Assembly: GCA_020341815.1 (NCBI GenBank)
Contig: CP070837.1
Location: 135,229-199,228, forward strand
Origin: Candidatus Omnitrophota bacterium
Lineage (GTDB): Bacteria > Omnitrophota > Gorgyraeia > JAFGHF01
Direction of reading: 5' to 3'
Length of the DNA stretch: 64,000 bases
This document shows positions 48,628 to 58,500 of this stretch, piece after piece. The stretch's first letter is position 1; the number at the start of each line of letters is the position of its first letter. The position numbers and the translations under genes are program-made. The notes under the pieces are model-generated. The model saw only the letters and a list, made by a program, of their open reading frames with translations. It had not been told where the DNA came from and searched no databases.

Positions 48628-49344
48628 ATGAAAATAGATGTAATTACTATTTTCCCCAAGATGTTTTCCCCGGTTTTGAATGAGTCTATCATCAAGCGTG
48701 CTCAGGCCAAGGGGCTTCTGAAGATAAAGATACACAACTTAAGGGATTATTCTAAAGATAAGCACCGCAAGATTGATGACCGTCCTTTCGGGGCAGGCCC
48801 GGGAATGGTTTTTCAGCCGGAGCCTATTTTTAGGGCAGTAGAAAGCATAGTTCATAGTTCGTCGTTCATAGTTCATAGAAAAAAAAGAATACGAAAAACA
48901 AAGTCTAAGACAAAGATTATTTTGTTGAGTCCGCAGGGAAAAAAATTAAACCATAAACTCACTAAGAAACTGTCCAGATACAAGCACTTAATCCTGATTT
49001 GCGGACACTACGAAGGCGTTGATGAAAGAGTGCGTCAGAAGTTAGTTACGGATGAGGTCTCCATAGGCGACTATGTCTTGACCTGTGGAGAATTGCCGGC
49101 AATGGTTTTAATCGATGCGGTCACCCGGCTTATCCCCAAGGTCTTAGGCAAGCTTGAGTCAACGCATTTTGAATCATTTAGCCAGGACTTGTTAGAGTAT
49201 CCCCAATACACCAGGCCTTCTGTATTTCGGGGTATGAAGGTGCCTGAGGTGCTTTTATCCGGCAATCATAAATTGATTGAAAAATGGCGCAGGGATAAGG
49301 CGCTGGAGATAACCAGGAAAAACAGGCCCGACCTTTTAAAGTAG
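48628..49344 (+). CDS. trmD: tRNA (guanine37-N1)-methyltransferase
   Basis: SPOUT-fold motifs ([18 protein letters not shown]). Confidence 0.9.
   Translation: MKIDVITIFPKMFSPVLNESIIKRAQAKGLLKIKIHNLRDYSKDKHRKIDDRPFGAGPGMVFQPEPIFRAVESIVHSSSFIVHRKKRIRKTKSKTKIILLSPQGKKLNHKLTKKLSRYKHLILICGHYEGVDERVRQKLVTDEVSIGDYVLTCGELPAMVLIDAVTRLIPKVLGKLESTHFESFSQDLLEYPQYTRPSVFRGMKVPEVLLSGNHKLIEKWRRDKALEITRKNRPDLLK
48846..48878. repeat. Heptamer tandem array inside trmD (CATAGTT CATAGTT CGTCGTT CATAGTT CATAG)
   Basis: Directly visible 7-bp periodic repeat in the coding sequence. Confidence 0.55.
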
Positions 49345-49367
49345 ATAGAGAGAGGAGTGCAAAAAAG

Positions 49368-49739
49368 ATGAAACAGATTGACTTAATGGAATCAGCCCAC
49401 CTTAAAAAAGAGATCCCTGAGCTTAAAGTCGGGGATACCATTTGTGTATATGTAAAGATCAAGGAAGAAGACAAAGTGCGCATTCAGGCCTTTGAAGGGA
49501 CCTTGATCGCCAAGCGTGGCAAGGGCCCTAAGGCAACTTTTACCATGCGTAAGGTCTCATACGGAGAGGGCCTGGAGAGAACGTTTCTCCTGCATTCTCC
49601 TTCGATTGACAGGATTGAAGTGGTCAGAAAAGGAAAGGCCAGAAGGGCTAAACTCTATTACCTCAGGGAAAAAGTAGGGAAAAAGTCAAAGGTTGCGCAA
49701 AAGCTGGAAAAGGCACAATCTAAAACTAAAAAAGTTTGA
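49368..49739 (+). CDS. rplS: 50S ribosomal protein L19
   Basis: Canonical L19 sequence, in the rpsP-trmD-rplS arrangement. Confidence 0.9.
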   Translation: MKQIDLMESAHLKKEIPELKVGDTICVYVKIKEEDKVRIQAFEGTLIAKRGKGPKATFTMRKVSYGEGLERTFLLHSPSIDRIEVVRKGKARRAKLYYLREKVGKKSKVAQKLEKAQSKTKKV

Positions 49740-50328
49740 GAAGAAGCTCCTGGGCGCCAAAAGATATCGACTTGTAGCCGGAGTGGATGAGGCCGGTCGC
49801 GGTCCTTTGGCCGGACCGGTAGTGGCTGCTGCCTGTATCCTAAAAAGACACTCATTCACGGCCAGGATCTTTGATTCCAAAAAACTCTCGATTTCCGCTA
49901 GAAGAAGGGCTTTTGAGCAAATAATCAAACAGGCTCACATAGGGCTGGGAATAGTGGATAGAGAAACTATCGACCAAAAAAATATTTTGCAAGCTACCAT
50001 AATGGCGGTAAAGATGGCTTTAGATAATTTGCGCATAAGGCCGGAATGTCTGTTGGTGGACGGCAAGTTTAAGAAAGATACCTGGAGCGTTCCCTGCCGA
50101 AGTGTTGTTGGCGGAGACGGATTATGTTTTTCTATTGCCTGCGCTTCAATCATAGCCAAGGTGGCCAGAGATAATTTAATGTCCTATTATTCTGCTCTTT
50201 ATCCTCATTATGGCTTCAACTCTAATCGCGGCTACCATACACCAGAACATATCCGTGCGATTAATAAATACGGCTTAACTCCTATTCATCGTCGCAGCTT
50301 CAGACCTATCCGTAAGACATATTATTAA
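49693..50328 (+). CDS. rnhB: Ribonuclease HII
   Basis: [17 protein letters not shown] motif. The start is uncertain; the track ORF overlaps the rplS 3' end. Confidence 0.8.
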   Translation: MRKSWKRHNLKLKKFEKKLLGAKRYRLVAGVDEAGRGPLAGPVVAAACILKRHSFTARIFDSKKLSISARRRAFEQIIKQAHIGLGIVDRETIDQKNILQATIMAVKMALDNLRIRPECLLVDGKFKKDTWSVPCRSVVGGDGLCFSIACASIIAKVARDNLMSYYSALYPHYGFNSNRGYHTPEHIRAINKYGLTPIHRRSFRPIRKTYY

Positions 50329-50365
50329 AATATATAAAGTTTAAAATTATATAAGGGGGAGGTGT

Positions 50366-50776
50366 TTGATGAAAGAGGAAAACAGGGGTTTTCAGGAAAG
50401 AAGAAAATACCTGCGCTTCAGCGCCGCAGTAGAAGTAAAATATACAATTATCGGCAATCCCGGAGCAATAAAAGTTTCCTCGAAGAATGTCGGCGCGGGC
50501 GGATTGTGCCTGACTCTTAAAGAACAGCTGAAAGTTGACAGTCCTTTGCAATTGGAGATAAAAATTCCCGATTTAAAAGAACCCATTCGCGCCTTGGGCA
50601 GGGTGGTCTGGCAAAAACCGGCTAAGACCTCAGGAGCTCAACCCACGGTGCATTTTGATACGGGAATAGAGTTTATCGGCATCAGTAATTTCGATCGTTT
50701 TAATATCAATCGTTATGTAAAGGAGCAAATTGAACCAAAATCGGAAGAAGAAGGAAGCGCTGAGGGCACTGAATAA
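50366..50776 (+). CDS. PilZ-domain (c-di-GMP-binding) protein
   Basis: RxxxR (QERRKYLRF) and D/NxSxxG (NVGAGGLCL) PilZ motifs. Confidence 0.7.
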   Translation: MMKEENRGFQERRKYLRFSAAVEVKYTIIGNPGAIKVSSKNVGAGGLCLTLKEQLKVDSPLQLEIKIPDLKEPIRALGRVVWQKPAKTSGAQPTVHFDTGIEFIGISNFDRFNINRYVKEQIEPKSEEEGSAEGTE

Positions 50777-50783
50777 ATAACTG

Positions 50784-50813
50784 AGTAGGGGCGTATTGCA
50801 ATACGCCCCTACT
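50784..50813. terminator. 30-bp perfect palindrome AGTAGGGGCGTATTGCAATACGCCCCTACT (hairpin, no U-tract)
   Basis: Perfect self-complementarity is directly visible, immediately after the PilZ gene stop. Confidence 0.4.
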
Positions 50814-50853
50814 TGCGAAAGAACGGTTCAGTGATAAAAAAGGAGGTGGGAAA

Positions 50854-51111
50854 ATGGAAGAGAAAAAAATAGGCGTAGTAACTCATTATTTTGGACACAT
50901 TGGCGTGGGAATTATAAAGCTCGAGAAAGAAGGCCTCAAATTGGGAGATACGCTTCATTTTAAAGGGCATACATCCGATTTTCAGCAAACGGTAGATTCA
51001 ATGCAAATCGAGCATAAGGACGTGCAGGAAGCCAAGGTCGGAGACTCTGTAGGGGTAAAGCTGAATGAGCATGTCCGTGAGCATGATGAGGTTTTTAAGG
51101 TAGTTGCCTAA
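50854..51111 (+). CDS. Small EF-Tu domain-2-like beta-barrel protein
   Basis: Pattern IGVVTHYFGHIGVGIIKLEKEGLKLGDTLHF...VDSMQIEHKDVQEAKVGDSVGVKL matches the EF-Tu/EF-1alpha domain 2 consensus. Confidence 0.5.
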   Translation: MEEKKIGVVTHYFGHIGVGIIKLEKEGLKLGDTLHFKGHTSDFQQTVDSMQIEHKDVQEAKVGDSVGVKLNEHVREHDEVFKVVA

Positions 51112-51117
51112 TTGCTT

Positions 51118-51921
51118 ATGCAAGCCGATAAAGAAAAGCTGGTTCTGGATCTGGAGACCAAGAAAAGCTTTGATGAGGTTAAAGGAAGAAGCTTAGAGTT
51201 ATTAGAGGTTTCGGTAGTAGGCATATACTCCTACAAGAACGATGAGTTTAAGACTTTTCTGGAAAAAGATATAAAGCTTCTTTTGCCATACCTTGAAGAA
51301 GCAGAGCTGGTTATCGGCTTTAACACCAAGGCGTTTGACTACCCTGTCTTGCAGCCCTATCTGGATTTCGATCTGAAGACCTTAAAAAGCCTGGATATAT
51401 TTGAGGAAGTGCGTAACCGCTTAGGGTTTCGCCTGAGCCTGAATAACATTGCTCAGGCAACGCTTGGAATTGGCAAGATTGGCTCAGGGCTTGATGCCCT
51501 CAAGTATTTTCGCCAGGGAGAAATAGATAAGCTTAAAACATATTGCCAGCAGGATGTGTTTGTTACCCGGGAACTTTATGAATACGGCCGCAAACACGGA
51601 AACCTGCTTTATCGCCGCGGCTTGCGTCTGGAGACTATCCCTGCGAGCTGGTCCGAGTCTAAGAGCATCGATCAGATTATGCATGAGGCCTTTAATGAGC
51701 GCAGGACCGTAGAAATTGATTACTCCTCAGGCTTTAATGCTGCCGGCAAGCTCACTCGCAAAATAGATGTTTATGAGTTTGAGTTCGGCAGGATAATTGC
51801 CTATTGCCACCTGCGAAAAGACTTGCGTACTTTTAATATGCGTAGGATTTTATCTGCGAAATTAACTCAACAACAGTATGAGATTCCTTCCTCTTTTAAT
51901 AAAGAAAGGAAACTGTCGTGA
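51118..51921 (+). CDS. DEDD-family 3'-5' exonuclease fused to a C-terminal WYL-like domain
   Basis: Exo I (LVLDLETKK), Exo II (VIGFNTKAFDYPVL) and Exo III (YCQQDVFVTRELYEY) motifs. C-terminus GRIIAYCHLRKDLRTFNMRRI resembles the WYL ligand-sensing domain. Confidence 0.55.
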   Translation: MQADKEKLVLDLETKKSFDEVKGRSLELLEVSVVGIYSYKNDEFKTFLEKDIKLLLPYLEEAELVIGFNTKAFDYPVLQPYLDFDLKTLKSLDIFEEVRNRLGFRLSLNNIAQATLGIGKIGSGLDALKYFRQGEIDKLKTYCQQDVFVTRELYEYGRKHGNLLYRRGLRLETIPASWSESKSIDQIMHEAFNERRTVEIDYSSGFNAAGKLTRKIDVYEFEFGRIIAYCHLRKDLRTFNMRRILSAKLTQQQYEIPSSFNKERKLS

Positions 51922-52568
51922 AGATTGTAACTGCAGACCAAATGCAGAAAATCGATAAAACAGCCGAAAAAAGATACGCTATTCCTGCCATAATTCTGAT
52001 GGAAAATGCCGCAATATCAATCGCCTTTTGCGTCTTTGAGGTGCTTAAAATCGGACAGGGCAATATTGTAATCTTTTGCGGAGAAGGCAACAATGGCGGC
52101 GATGGTTTTGCCTGCGCGCGCCATTTGATTAACCGAGGATTTAAGGTGAAGGTATGTTTTTCCGGCAATAAACAGAAGTTTTCTCGCGAGACAAAAATAA
52201 ATTATATGATTTTGAAGAAGATGGGATGTGAGATTGTCAAGGCGAAAGCCGCCCTCTTAAAAAAAGAACTAAGCGATGCGGATTTAATTATCGATGCCTT
52301 GCTGGGGATAGGCCTTAAGGATAAGGTAAGGGAGCCTTTTTACAGCTTAATCGAACTTATCAATAACTCCAAGAAACCCGTGCTTTCCCTGGATATTCCC
52401 TCAGGACTGGATGCCACATCCGGCCAAGTTCGCGGCACAGCCATTAAGGCCCAACATACAATTACTTTTGGTCTGTATAAAAGAGGATTTCTTAATCCGC
52501 AGGCCGCAGAGTATACAGGCAAAGTAACCATTGGCGACATCAGCCTTCCCCGCAAACTTTTGTATTAG
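51918..52568 (+). CDS. NAD(P)H-hydrate epimerase (YjeF N-terminal domain only)
   Basis: GEGNNGGDGFACARHL motif. GTG start overlapping the upstream stop (GTGA). Confidence 0.75.
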   Translation: MKIVTADQMQKIDKTAEKRYAIPAIILMENAAISIAFCVFEVLKIGQGNIVIFCGEGNNGGDGFACARHLINRGFKVKVCFSGNKQKFSRETKINYMILKKMGCEIVKAKAALLKKELSDADLIIDALLGIGLKDKVREPFYSLIELINNSKKPVLSLDIPSGLDATSGQVRGTAIKAQHTITFGLYKRGFLNPQAAEYTGKVTIGDISLPRKLLY

Positions 52569-52572
52569 ATAG

Positions 52573-53706
52573 ATGGAAAAAGCCGATATTACTATTATTG
52601 GAGCAGGAGTAATCGGATTGGCGGTTGCTGCGGCTTTGGCCAGGCAGGATAGAGCCCTCTATGTGCTGGAGAGAAATGCATCTTTTGGGCAGGAGACTTC
52701 CGGCAGAAACAGCGAAGTTATTCATAGCGGGATATATTATCCGCAAAACAGCCTGAAAGCCAGGACCTGTGTTAGGGGCAATCGTTTGATTTATGAGCTT
52801 TGCGCAAAAAATAATATCCCTTGCGAAAAAAGGGGGAAGCTGATTATAGCCAGCGAGGAGAAGGAGCTCGCAAAACTTAATGAGCTTTTGCGAAATGGCC
52901 AAAATAACGATGTCCAGGGCCTTAAAATCATTAGCGAAAAAGAGATTAAAGATATAGAGCCGAATGTAAGGGCGCTGGCAGCTCTATATTCACCCGATAC
53001 AGGGATAGTCGATTCTCATAATTTGATGCGTTACTTTTTTCAAAAAGCCAAGACCGAAGGGGGAGAGTTCGTTTTTGAGGCCGAGGTGCGAAAGATAAAA
53101 AAGCAGGGTGAGGGATTTGAAGTAACTGTTTGCGATGCCGATGGCAGCGACTTTTTATTTTTTAGTCGTATTTTGATAAATTGCGCCGGGTTAAGCAGCG
53201 ATATCGTTGCGGGATTGGCCGGCATAGATACAGGTAAGGAAAATTACACTTTAAAGTTTTGCAAGGGTCAGTATTTTCGCGTAGGCGCCGCAAAAAGCCG
53301 CATGATTACGCACTTGGTTTATCCTGTGCCTGATGAAAAGCACGGCTCTTTAGGGATACACGCCACTCCCGACTTAGGCAAGGGCTTGCGTCTGGGGCCC
53401 GATGCCGAATACGTTGAAAGAGACAAAGCAGATTACAGTGTCGATAATTCAAGAAAAGAGCACTTTTGGCGCGCGGCAAACAGATTTCTACCTTTCATTG
53501 AAGCGAATGACTTGACTGCTGATACCTCTGGCATCAGGCCAAAGCTGCAGGGTGAAGATGAGCCTTTTCGGGATTTTGTGATTTCGCATGAGGAGAAAAA
53601 GGGTTTAACAGGTCTGATTAATCTTATCGGTATTGATTCACCCGGCTTGACCGCTGCTGCGGCTATCGCAAAACACGTAGAGGATATGGTAGAGGATTTA
53701 ATTTAA
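52573..53706 (+). CDS. FAD-dependent oxidoreductase, L-2-hydroxyglutarate oxidase-like
   Basis: N-terminal ITIIGAGVIGLAVA FAD motif and LhgO-like pattern NSEVIHSGIYYPQNSLKA. Confidence 0.65.
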   Translation: MEKADITIIGAGVIGLAVAAALARQDRALYVLERNASFGQETSGRNSEVIHSGIYYPQNSLKARTCVRGNRLIYELCAKNNIPCEKRGKLIIASEEKELAKLNELLRNGQNNDVQGLKIISEKEIKDIEPNVRALAALYSPDTGIVDSHNLMRYFFQKAKTEGGEFVFEAEVRKIKKQGEGFEVTVCDADGSDFLFFSRILINCAGLSSDIVAGLAGIDTGKENYTLKFCKGQYFRVGAAKSRMITHLVYPVPDEKHGSLGIHATPDLGKGLRLGPDAEYVERDKADYSVDNSRKEHFWRAANRFLPFIEANDLTADTSGIRPKLQGEDEPFRDFVISHEEKKGLTGLINLIGIDSPGLTAAAAIAKHVEDMVEDLI

Positions 53707-53714
53707 CTTAAAAA

Positions 53715-55430
53715 ATGAAAAATAAGGAAGTGGCGGAGATATTCCGCCAGATTGCCGAGATTCTGGAAATTCAGGATGAGAATCCTTTTCGTATTCGCGC
53801 TTATCTTAAGGCGGCGCAAAATATAGAGAGTTTAAGCCGGGATATCGCCGAAATCGCCCGCAAGGATGAATTGGAGAAGATTCCGGGTATTGGGAAAGAC
53901 CTGGCCGAGAAAATAAAAGAGATTGTCAAGACAGGGAAGCTGAAATTTTATAATCAATTGAAAGATGAGATCCCCGAAGGGCTAACTGTGTTGATGTCTA
54001 TCCCCGGCATTGGCCCTAAGACCGCCAAGCTTTTATACGATAAATTAAAGATAAAGAATATCAAGGACTTAGAAAAGGCCGCAGCTAAGCATAAAATAAG
54101 CGCCCTGCCCGGAATAAAAGAGAAGACCGAAGAGAATATCCTGCGCGGAATTGCCTTGAAGAAAAAGGCAAAGGAAAGGATGTCCCTGGCCCAGGCCTTA
54201 TCTATCTATGGAGAGCTGGAAGAGCCTTTAAAAAAGTTGAAAGAGGTAAAAGAGATTGCCCCGGCAGGCTCCTTGCGCCGCCGAAAGGAGACGGTGCGGG
54301 ATATAGATATCCTGGTTACCTCATCCCACCCGGAAAAAATTATGGATGTCTTTACAAAATTGCCGCAGGTAAAGGAGATTAATGCAAAAGGCCCAACCAA
54401 GTCCAGCATATTGACTAAAGAGGGTGTGCAGGTTGATTTGCGTTGTGTTGAGCCCAAGAGCTTTGGCGCAGCACTTCTATATTTTACCGGCTCCAAGCAG
54501 CATAATATCAAACTGCGCCGCCTGGCGGTAAAAAAGGGCTGGAAAATTAATGAATACGGCCTGTATAAAAAGGACAGGTGGCTGGCGGGAAAGACCGAGG
54601 AAGAGCTGTTTGGCAAGTTCAACCTTCCTTATATAGTACCTGAGCTGCGTGAGGATACAGGCGAGATTGAGGCAGCTTTTAAGGGAAAGTTGCCTAAACT
54701 CATAGAATTGGAACATATAAAAGGTGACTTACACGTCCATTCTAAATGGAGCGATGGCGCATCAAAGATTGAGGATGTTGCCCGGGCCGCTAAAAAAAGA
54801 GGCTATAGCTATATTGCAATCTGCGACCATTCCCAGTCTATAAAGATTGCTAGAGGCTTAAGTATTGAACGCTTGAAGAAGCAAATAGACCTAATTCATA
54901 AATTGAATAAAAAGTTAAAGGGCTTTCGCATTTTGACGGGCAGTGAAGTAGATATCAAGTCGGACGGAAGTCTGGATTATCCGGATAAGGTATTGAAAGA
55001 GCTGGATGTTGTGGTGGGGGCTATCCATACCGGATTTAAGCAGAGCCGCAGACAGCTCACCCAGAGGATAACTGCGGCAATGGAAAACAAATATGTCAAT
55101 ATTATTGCTCATCCTTCAGGGAGGCTTATAGGTGAGCGTGAGCCTTATGAGCTGGATATGGATGAGGTCTTAAAGAAGGCGCACCAGACAAACACCTTTA
55201 TAGAGATTAATGCTTTCCCGGAGAGGCTGGACCTTACGGATATAAATTGCCGCCGGGCCAAAGAGCTGGGCGTAAAAATGGCTATTTCTACCGATAGCCA
55301 TATGCTGGAGCAGTTGGATTATATGTATCTGGGTCTAACCGTTGCCCGCAGAGGATGGCTTGAGAAAAAGGATGTAGTGAATACGCTTTCTCTGGATAAG
55401 CTCTTAACGTTGCTTAAAAAGAAAAGATAA
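53715..55430 (+). CDS. DNA polymerase X family protein with C-terminal PHP domain
   Basis: HhH/Pol-beta-like N-terminus, GSLRRRKETVRDIDIL nucleotidyltransferase motif and PHP motif DLHVHSKWSDG. Confidence 0.85.
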   Translation: MKNKEVAEIFRQIAEILEIQDENPFRIRAYLKAAQNIESLSRDIAEIARKDELEKIPGIGKDLAEKIKEIVKTGKLKFYNQLKDEIPEGLTVLMSIPGIGPKTAKLLYDKLKIKNIKDLEKAAAKHKISALPGIKEKTEENILRGIALKKKAKERMSLAQALSIYGELEEPLKKLKEVKEIAPAGSLRRRKETVRDIDILVTSSHPEKIMDVFTKLPQVKEINAKGPTKSSILTKEGVQVDLRCVEPKSFGAALLYFTGSKQHNIKLRRLAVKKGWKINEYGLYKKDRWLAGKTEEELFGKFNLPYIVPELREDTGEIEAAFKGKLPKLIELEHIKGDLHVHSKWSDGASKIEDVARAAKKRGYSYIAICDHSQSIKIARGLSIERLKKQIDLIHKLNKKLKGFRILTGSEVDIKSDGSLDYPDKVLKELDVVVGAIHTGFKQSRRQLTQRITAAMENKYVNIIAHPSGRLIGEREPYELDMDEVLKKAHQTNTFIEINAFPERLDLTDINCRRAKELGVKMAISTDSHMLEQLDYMYLGLTVARRGWLEKKDVVNTLSLDKLLTLLKKKR

Positions 55431-55431
55431 A

Positions 55432-55869
55432 ATGGCAAAGCGTGAATTTTCCGCAGGAGGAATAGTCTTTAAGAAAAAGGACAGGGGTTTTGAGATTCTC
55501 TTGATTAAAGATTCCTACGGGCGCTGGACCTGGCCCAAGGGAAAGATTGATAAGGGTGAGAAATCCCTTGATGCAGCAGTGCGTGAGATAGAAGAGGAGG
55601 TGGGGCTAAAGGATGTAGATGTCTTAGGCCGGATTGGCCGCACTAATTATTTTTATCGTTTAAAAGGGGGCTTGATTTTTAAAACGGTGTTTTTCTTTTT
55701 GATGGAAGCGAAGGGAAATGAAAAATTGAAGATTCAAAAAGGTGAAATCAACGATGCTCGCTGGTTTAAATCATCCGAGGCTCTTGAGAAGGTTGAATAT
55801 AAAGGAGCAAGGGAAATGCTGGAGAAGGCCATAAATATGTATAAAAAGGAGAGGAAATGTTCAGAATAG
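55432..55869 (+). CDS. NUDIX hydrolase
   Basis: Nudix box GKIDKGEKSLDAAVREIEEEVG. Confidence 0.85.
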   Translation: MAKREFSAGGIVFKKKDRGFEILLIKDSYGRWTWPKGKIDKGEKSLDAAVREIEEEVGLKDVDVLGRIGRTNYFYRLKGGLIFKTVFFFLMEAKGNEKLKIQKGEINDARWFKSSEALEKVEYKGAREMLEKAINMYKKERKCSE

Positions 55870-56822
55870 AATATCCTTTTAAGAAGGAGATTTTGGCCTG
55901 TGGAGCGCAAAGTGAGGCCGGGTTTTGCCTTACCAAAAAGAATCTCGGTTATGTAATCAATGGCTTAGGGAAATGGCTTGAAGATTCTGTGCTTGAGCAT
56001 TACCGCCAGCAGATAGGACGTGCCAGAGATGAATTGAAGATTAAGCCGAAGGTTATTGCGCACGATTTACATCCTGAGTACGCCTCTACGAAATACGCCC
56101 AGAGCTTAAGTCAGAGTTCAAAAGGTTTGAAATATTTTCCCATCCAGCACCACCACGCCCATATTGCCAGTTGTATAGCGGAAAATAGACACGAGGGGAA
56201 GGTGATTGCTGTAGTTTTTGACGGTGCCGGATATGGTGAAGACGGCAATATTTGGGGCGGAGGGTTCTTTGTCGGAGACCTTCGGGCTTTTAGGAGGGTT
56301 GCCTATTTAAGAGACGGCGCAGCAAAAGGCGCTGCCTTGAGCGCAGCGGGATTGTTTGATGCGGTTTCGATATTGGCGGGCCTGCGTGAGCAGGTAGAGT
56401 ACGAAGGCCAGGGGATAATCGATTTGGAAAAGATAGTTAACCGTTCAACCCATGTAGCCAGCAAAAATTATGAGTTTACGCTGGGTTCGGAAAAAGGCCA
56501 ATTTTCAATTAATACAGAGCCGATATTGCAAAATATTAGCGAGGACTTAAAAAGCAATATTTCCAAGTCAATCATCTCTGCGGCCTTTCACAATACTCTC
56601 GTTGAGCTCATTGTTCAAGTTTGCCATAAAATCAGTCAGAAGGAAAAGACTAAGAGCATTATTCTAACCGGCACAGTCTTTCAGAATAAAGTGTTATTAA
56701 ATCGCCTTAAGGATTTATTGAGCCGGGAAGGTTTCGAGGTAATTACCCATAGGCATTTTTCCTGCAATGACAGTAATATTTCCTTTGGCCAGGCGGTCCT
56801 GGCAGACGCGAGATGTAAATGA
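55857..56822 (+). CDS. HypF C-terminal (Kae1/YgjD-like carbamoyltransferase) domain protein; N-terminal HypF domains absent
   Basis: HDLHPEY...IQHHHAHIASC and TGTVFQN motifs of the HypF Kae1-like domain. Only 321 aa. Confidence 0.55.
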   Translation: MFRIEYPFKKEILACGAQSEAGFCLTKKNLGYVINGLGKWLEDSVLEHYRQQIGRARDELKIKPKVIAHDLHPEYASTKYAQSLSQSSKGLKYFPIQHHHAHIASCIAENRHEGKVIAVVFDGAGYGEDGNIWGGGFFVGDLRAFRRVAYLRDGAAKGAALSAAGLFDAVSILAGLREQVEYEGQGIIDLEKIVNRSTHVASKNYEFTLGSEKGQFSINTEPILQNISEDLKSNISKSIISAAFHNTLVELIVQVCHKISQKEKTKSIILTGTVFQNKVLLNRLKDLLSREGFEVITHRHFSCNDSNISFGQAVLADARCK

Positions 56823-58180
56823 TCGGACGATTGTTGCCTAATAATTACAGATTGAATTTAACCGAAGGTAATACCATAAAAAATATCTGGGTCCTGGCCT
56901 TTCCGATAATGCTGGGAAATATCCTGCAGACCGCTTTTAATGTGGTGGATATGATTTGGGTGGGCCGCCTTGGTGAAGCGGCGATAGCCAGCGTAGCTAT
57001 GAGCGGAGGCGTGCTTCTGGTGATTATAACTTTAGTTATCGGGGTTTCTGCGGCAACTCATAGCTTGATAGCCAGATTTACAGGAGCCGGCAATCAGCAG
57101 GCAGCAGAAAATGTAGCTATGCAGTCTTTGATTGTTGGCACCGTTCTTTCGGTGATACTGGCAGCGGCAGGTTTGATTTTTGCCCGCCCGATTTTAGGGC
57201 TTTTAGGGGCAAAGGCGCAGGTTCTTGAACTGGGTACAGATTATCTGAAGATAATTCTAATGGGCGGCGTTGCAATGGTGTATCTATTTTTAATATGTGC
57301 CATCTTTCGCGCCAGGGGAGATGCGGTTACGCCTATGCTGATTATGATTGGGGCGACAGTTTTGAATGTTATCCTCGACCCTTTAATGATTTTTGGTATC
57401 GGCTTTCCCTTTATGGGTGTCAAGGGTGCGGCCCTGGCCACTGTAGTTTCTCGGGGGCTGGCAGCTTTTCTGGGGCTTTATATTTTATTTCGGGGCTCAT
57501 CCACATTGCGGCTAAGCCTGGTGAAATTGCGCGCCGATATCAAAAGCATTGGCAATATTATTAAGCTGGGATTCCCTAATTCTATACAGATGGCCCTGCG
57601 CAGCATAGCCGGCTTAGTATTGATGGCTATCGTTGCCCAATATGGCACCTATGCCCTGGCGGCATACGGTATCGGCCTGCGGATATTTTCGGTAGTCTTG
57701 ATGCCGGGATTTGCCCTGGCCACGAGTGCCGCTACACTAGTAGGGCAAAACCTGGGAGCAAAGAAATTATTGCGGGCGAATACCTGTGCAAGGCAGGCAG
57801 CAGGGTTTAATAGTCTGCTGATGGGATTAGTCGGGGTTGTTTTTTTTGTATTTTCTGCCCAGTTGATAGCTCTATTTAATACCAATCCCGATGTAGTTAA
57901 GTTAGGCACCGAGTATCTAAAGATAACCTCTTTTGGTTATGTATTTGTGGCCCAGGGGTTGGTCTTGGGACGGTCTTTAGTGGGTGCGGGGGACAGTCTT
58001 TCCCCAATGTTGATTTCTGTTGTTACGCTTTTAGGTATTCAGCTGCCTTTAGCCGTTATCCTTCCCGATTATTTAAAGATAGGAATAAACGGGGTTTGGT
58101 GGGCAATTTTGATTTCTTCGGTTTTACAAGGTATATTGACGCATTTTTGGTTCAATCTAGGACTAAGGAGGCATTTTTAA
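56819..58180 (+). CDS. MATE family efflux transporter
   Basis: Twelve predicted transmembrane helices and the MATE duplication. Confidence 0.8.
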   Translation: MIGRLLPNNYRLNLTEGNTIKNIWVLAFPIMLGNILQTAFNVVDMIWVGRLGEAAIASVAMSGGVLLVIITLVIGVSAATHSLIARFTGAGNQQAAENVAMQSLIVGTVLSVILAAAGLIFARPILGLLGAKAQVLELGTDYLKIILMGGVAMVYLFLICAIFRARGDAVTPMLIMIGATVLNVILDPLMIFGIGFPFMGVKGAALATVVSRGLAAFLGLYILFRGSSTLRLSLVKLRADIKSIGNIIKLGFPNSIQMALRSIAGLVLMAIVAQYGTYALAAYGIGLRIFSVVLMPGFALATSAATLVGQNLGAKKLLRANTCARQAAGFNSLLMGLVGVVFFVFSAQLIALFNTNPDVVKLGTEYLKITSFGYVFVAQGLVLGRSLVGAGDSLSPMLISVVTLLGIQLPLAVILPDYLKIGINGVWWAILISSVLQGILTHFWFNLGLRRHF

Positions 58181-58500
58181 TGAGCACTGTTCGTTTATCC
58201 GACAGCCAGTTTAAGCAAGAGGTATTGCAATCCAAAGAACCTGTTATAGTTGATTTCTGGGCACCCTGGTGTGGGCCATGCATGGCCGTTGCTCCGATTT
58301 TGGAAGATTTGGCCAAAGAATATAAGGGCCGCCTTAAAGTCTGCAAGGTAAATATAGATGAGGCCCAAACCGTAGCGACAAAATACCAGATTTTAAGTAT
58401 CCCCACCTTGTTATTCTTTAAAGACGGAAAAGTTACCAACCAGTTGGTGGGAGCAAAATCCAAATCAGAAATAAAGAAGGTGATTGCATCATTATGTTGA
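58180..58500 (+). CDS. trxA: Thioredoxin
   Basis: WCGPC active site. ATG overlaps the MATE gene stop (TAATG). Confidence 0.9.
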   Translation: MSTVRLSDSQFKQEVLQSKEPVIVDFWAPWCGPCMAVAPILEDLAKEYKGRLKVCKVNIDEAQTVATKYQILSIPTLLFFKDGKVTNQLVGAKSKSEIKKVIASLC

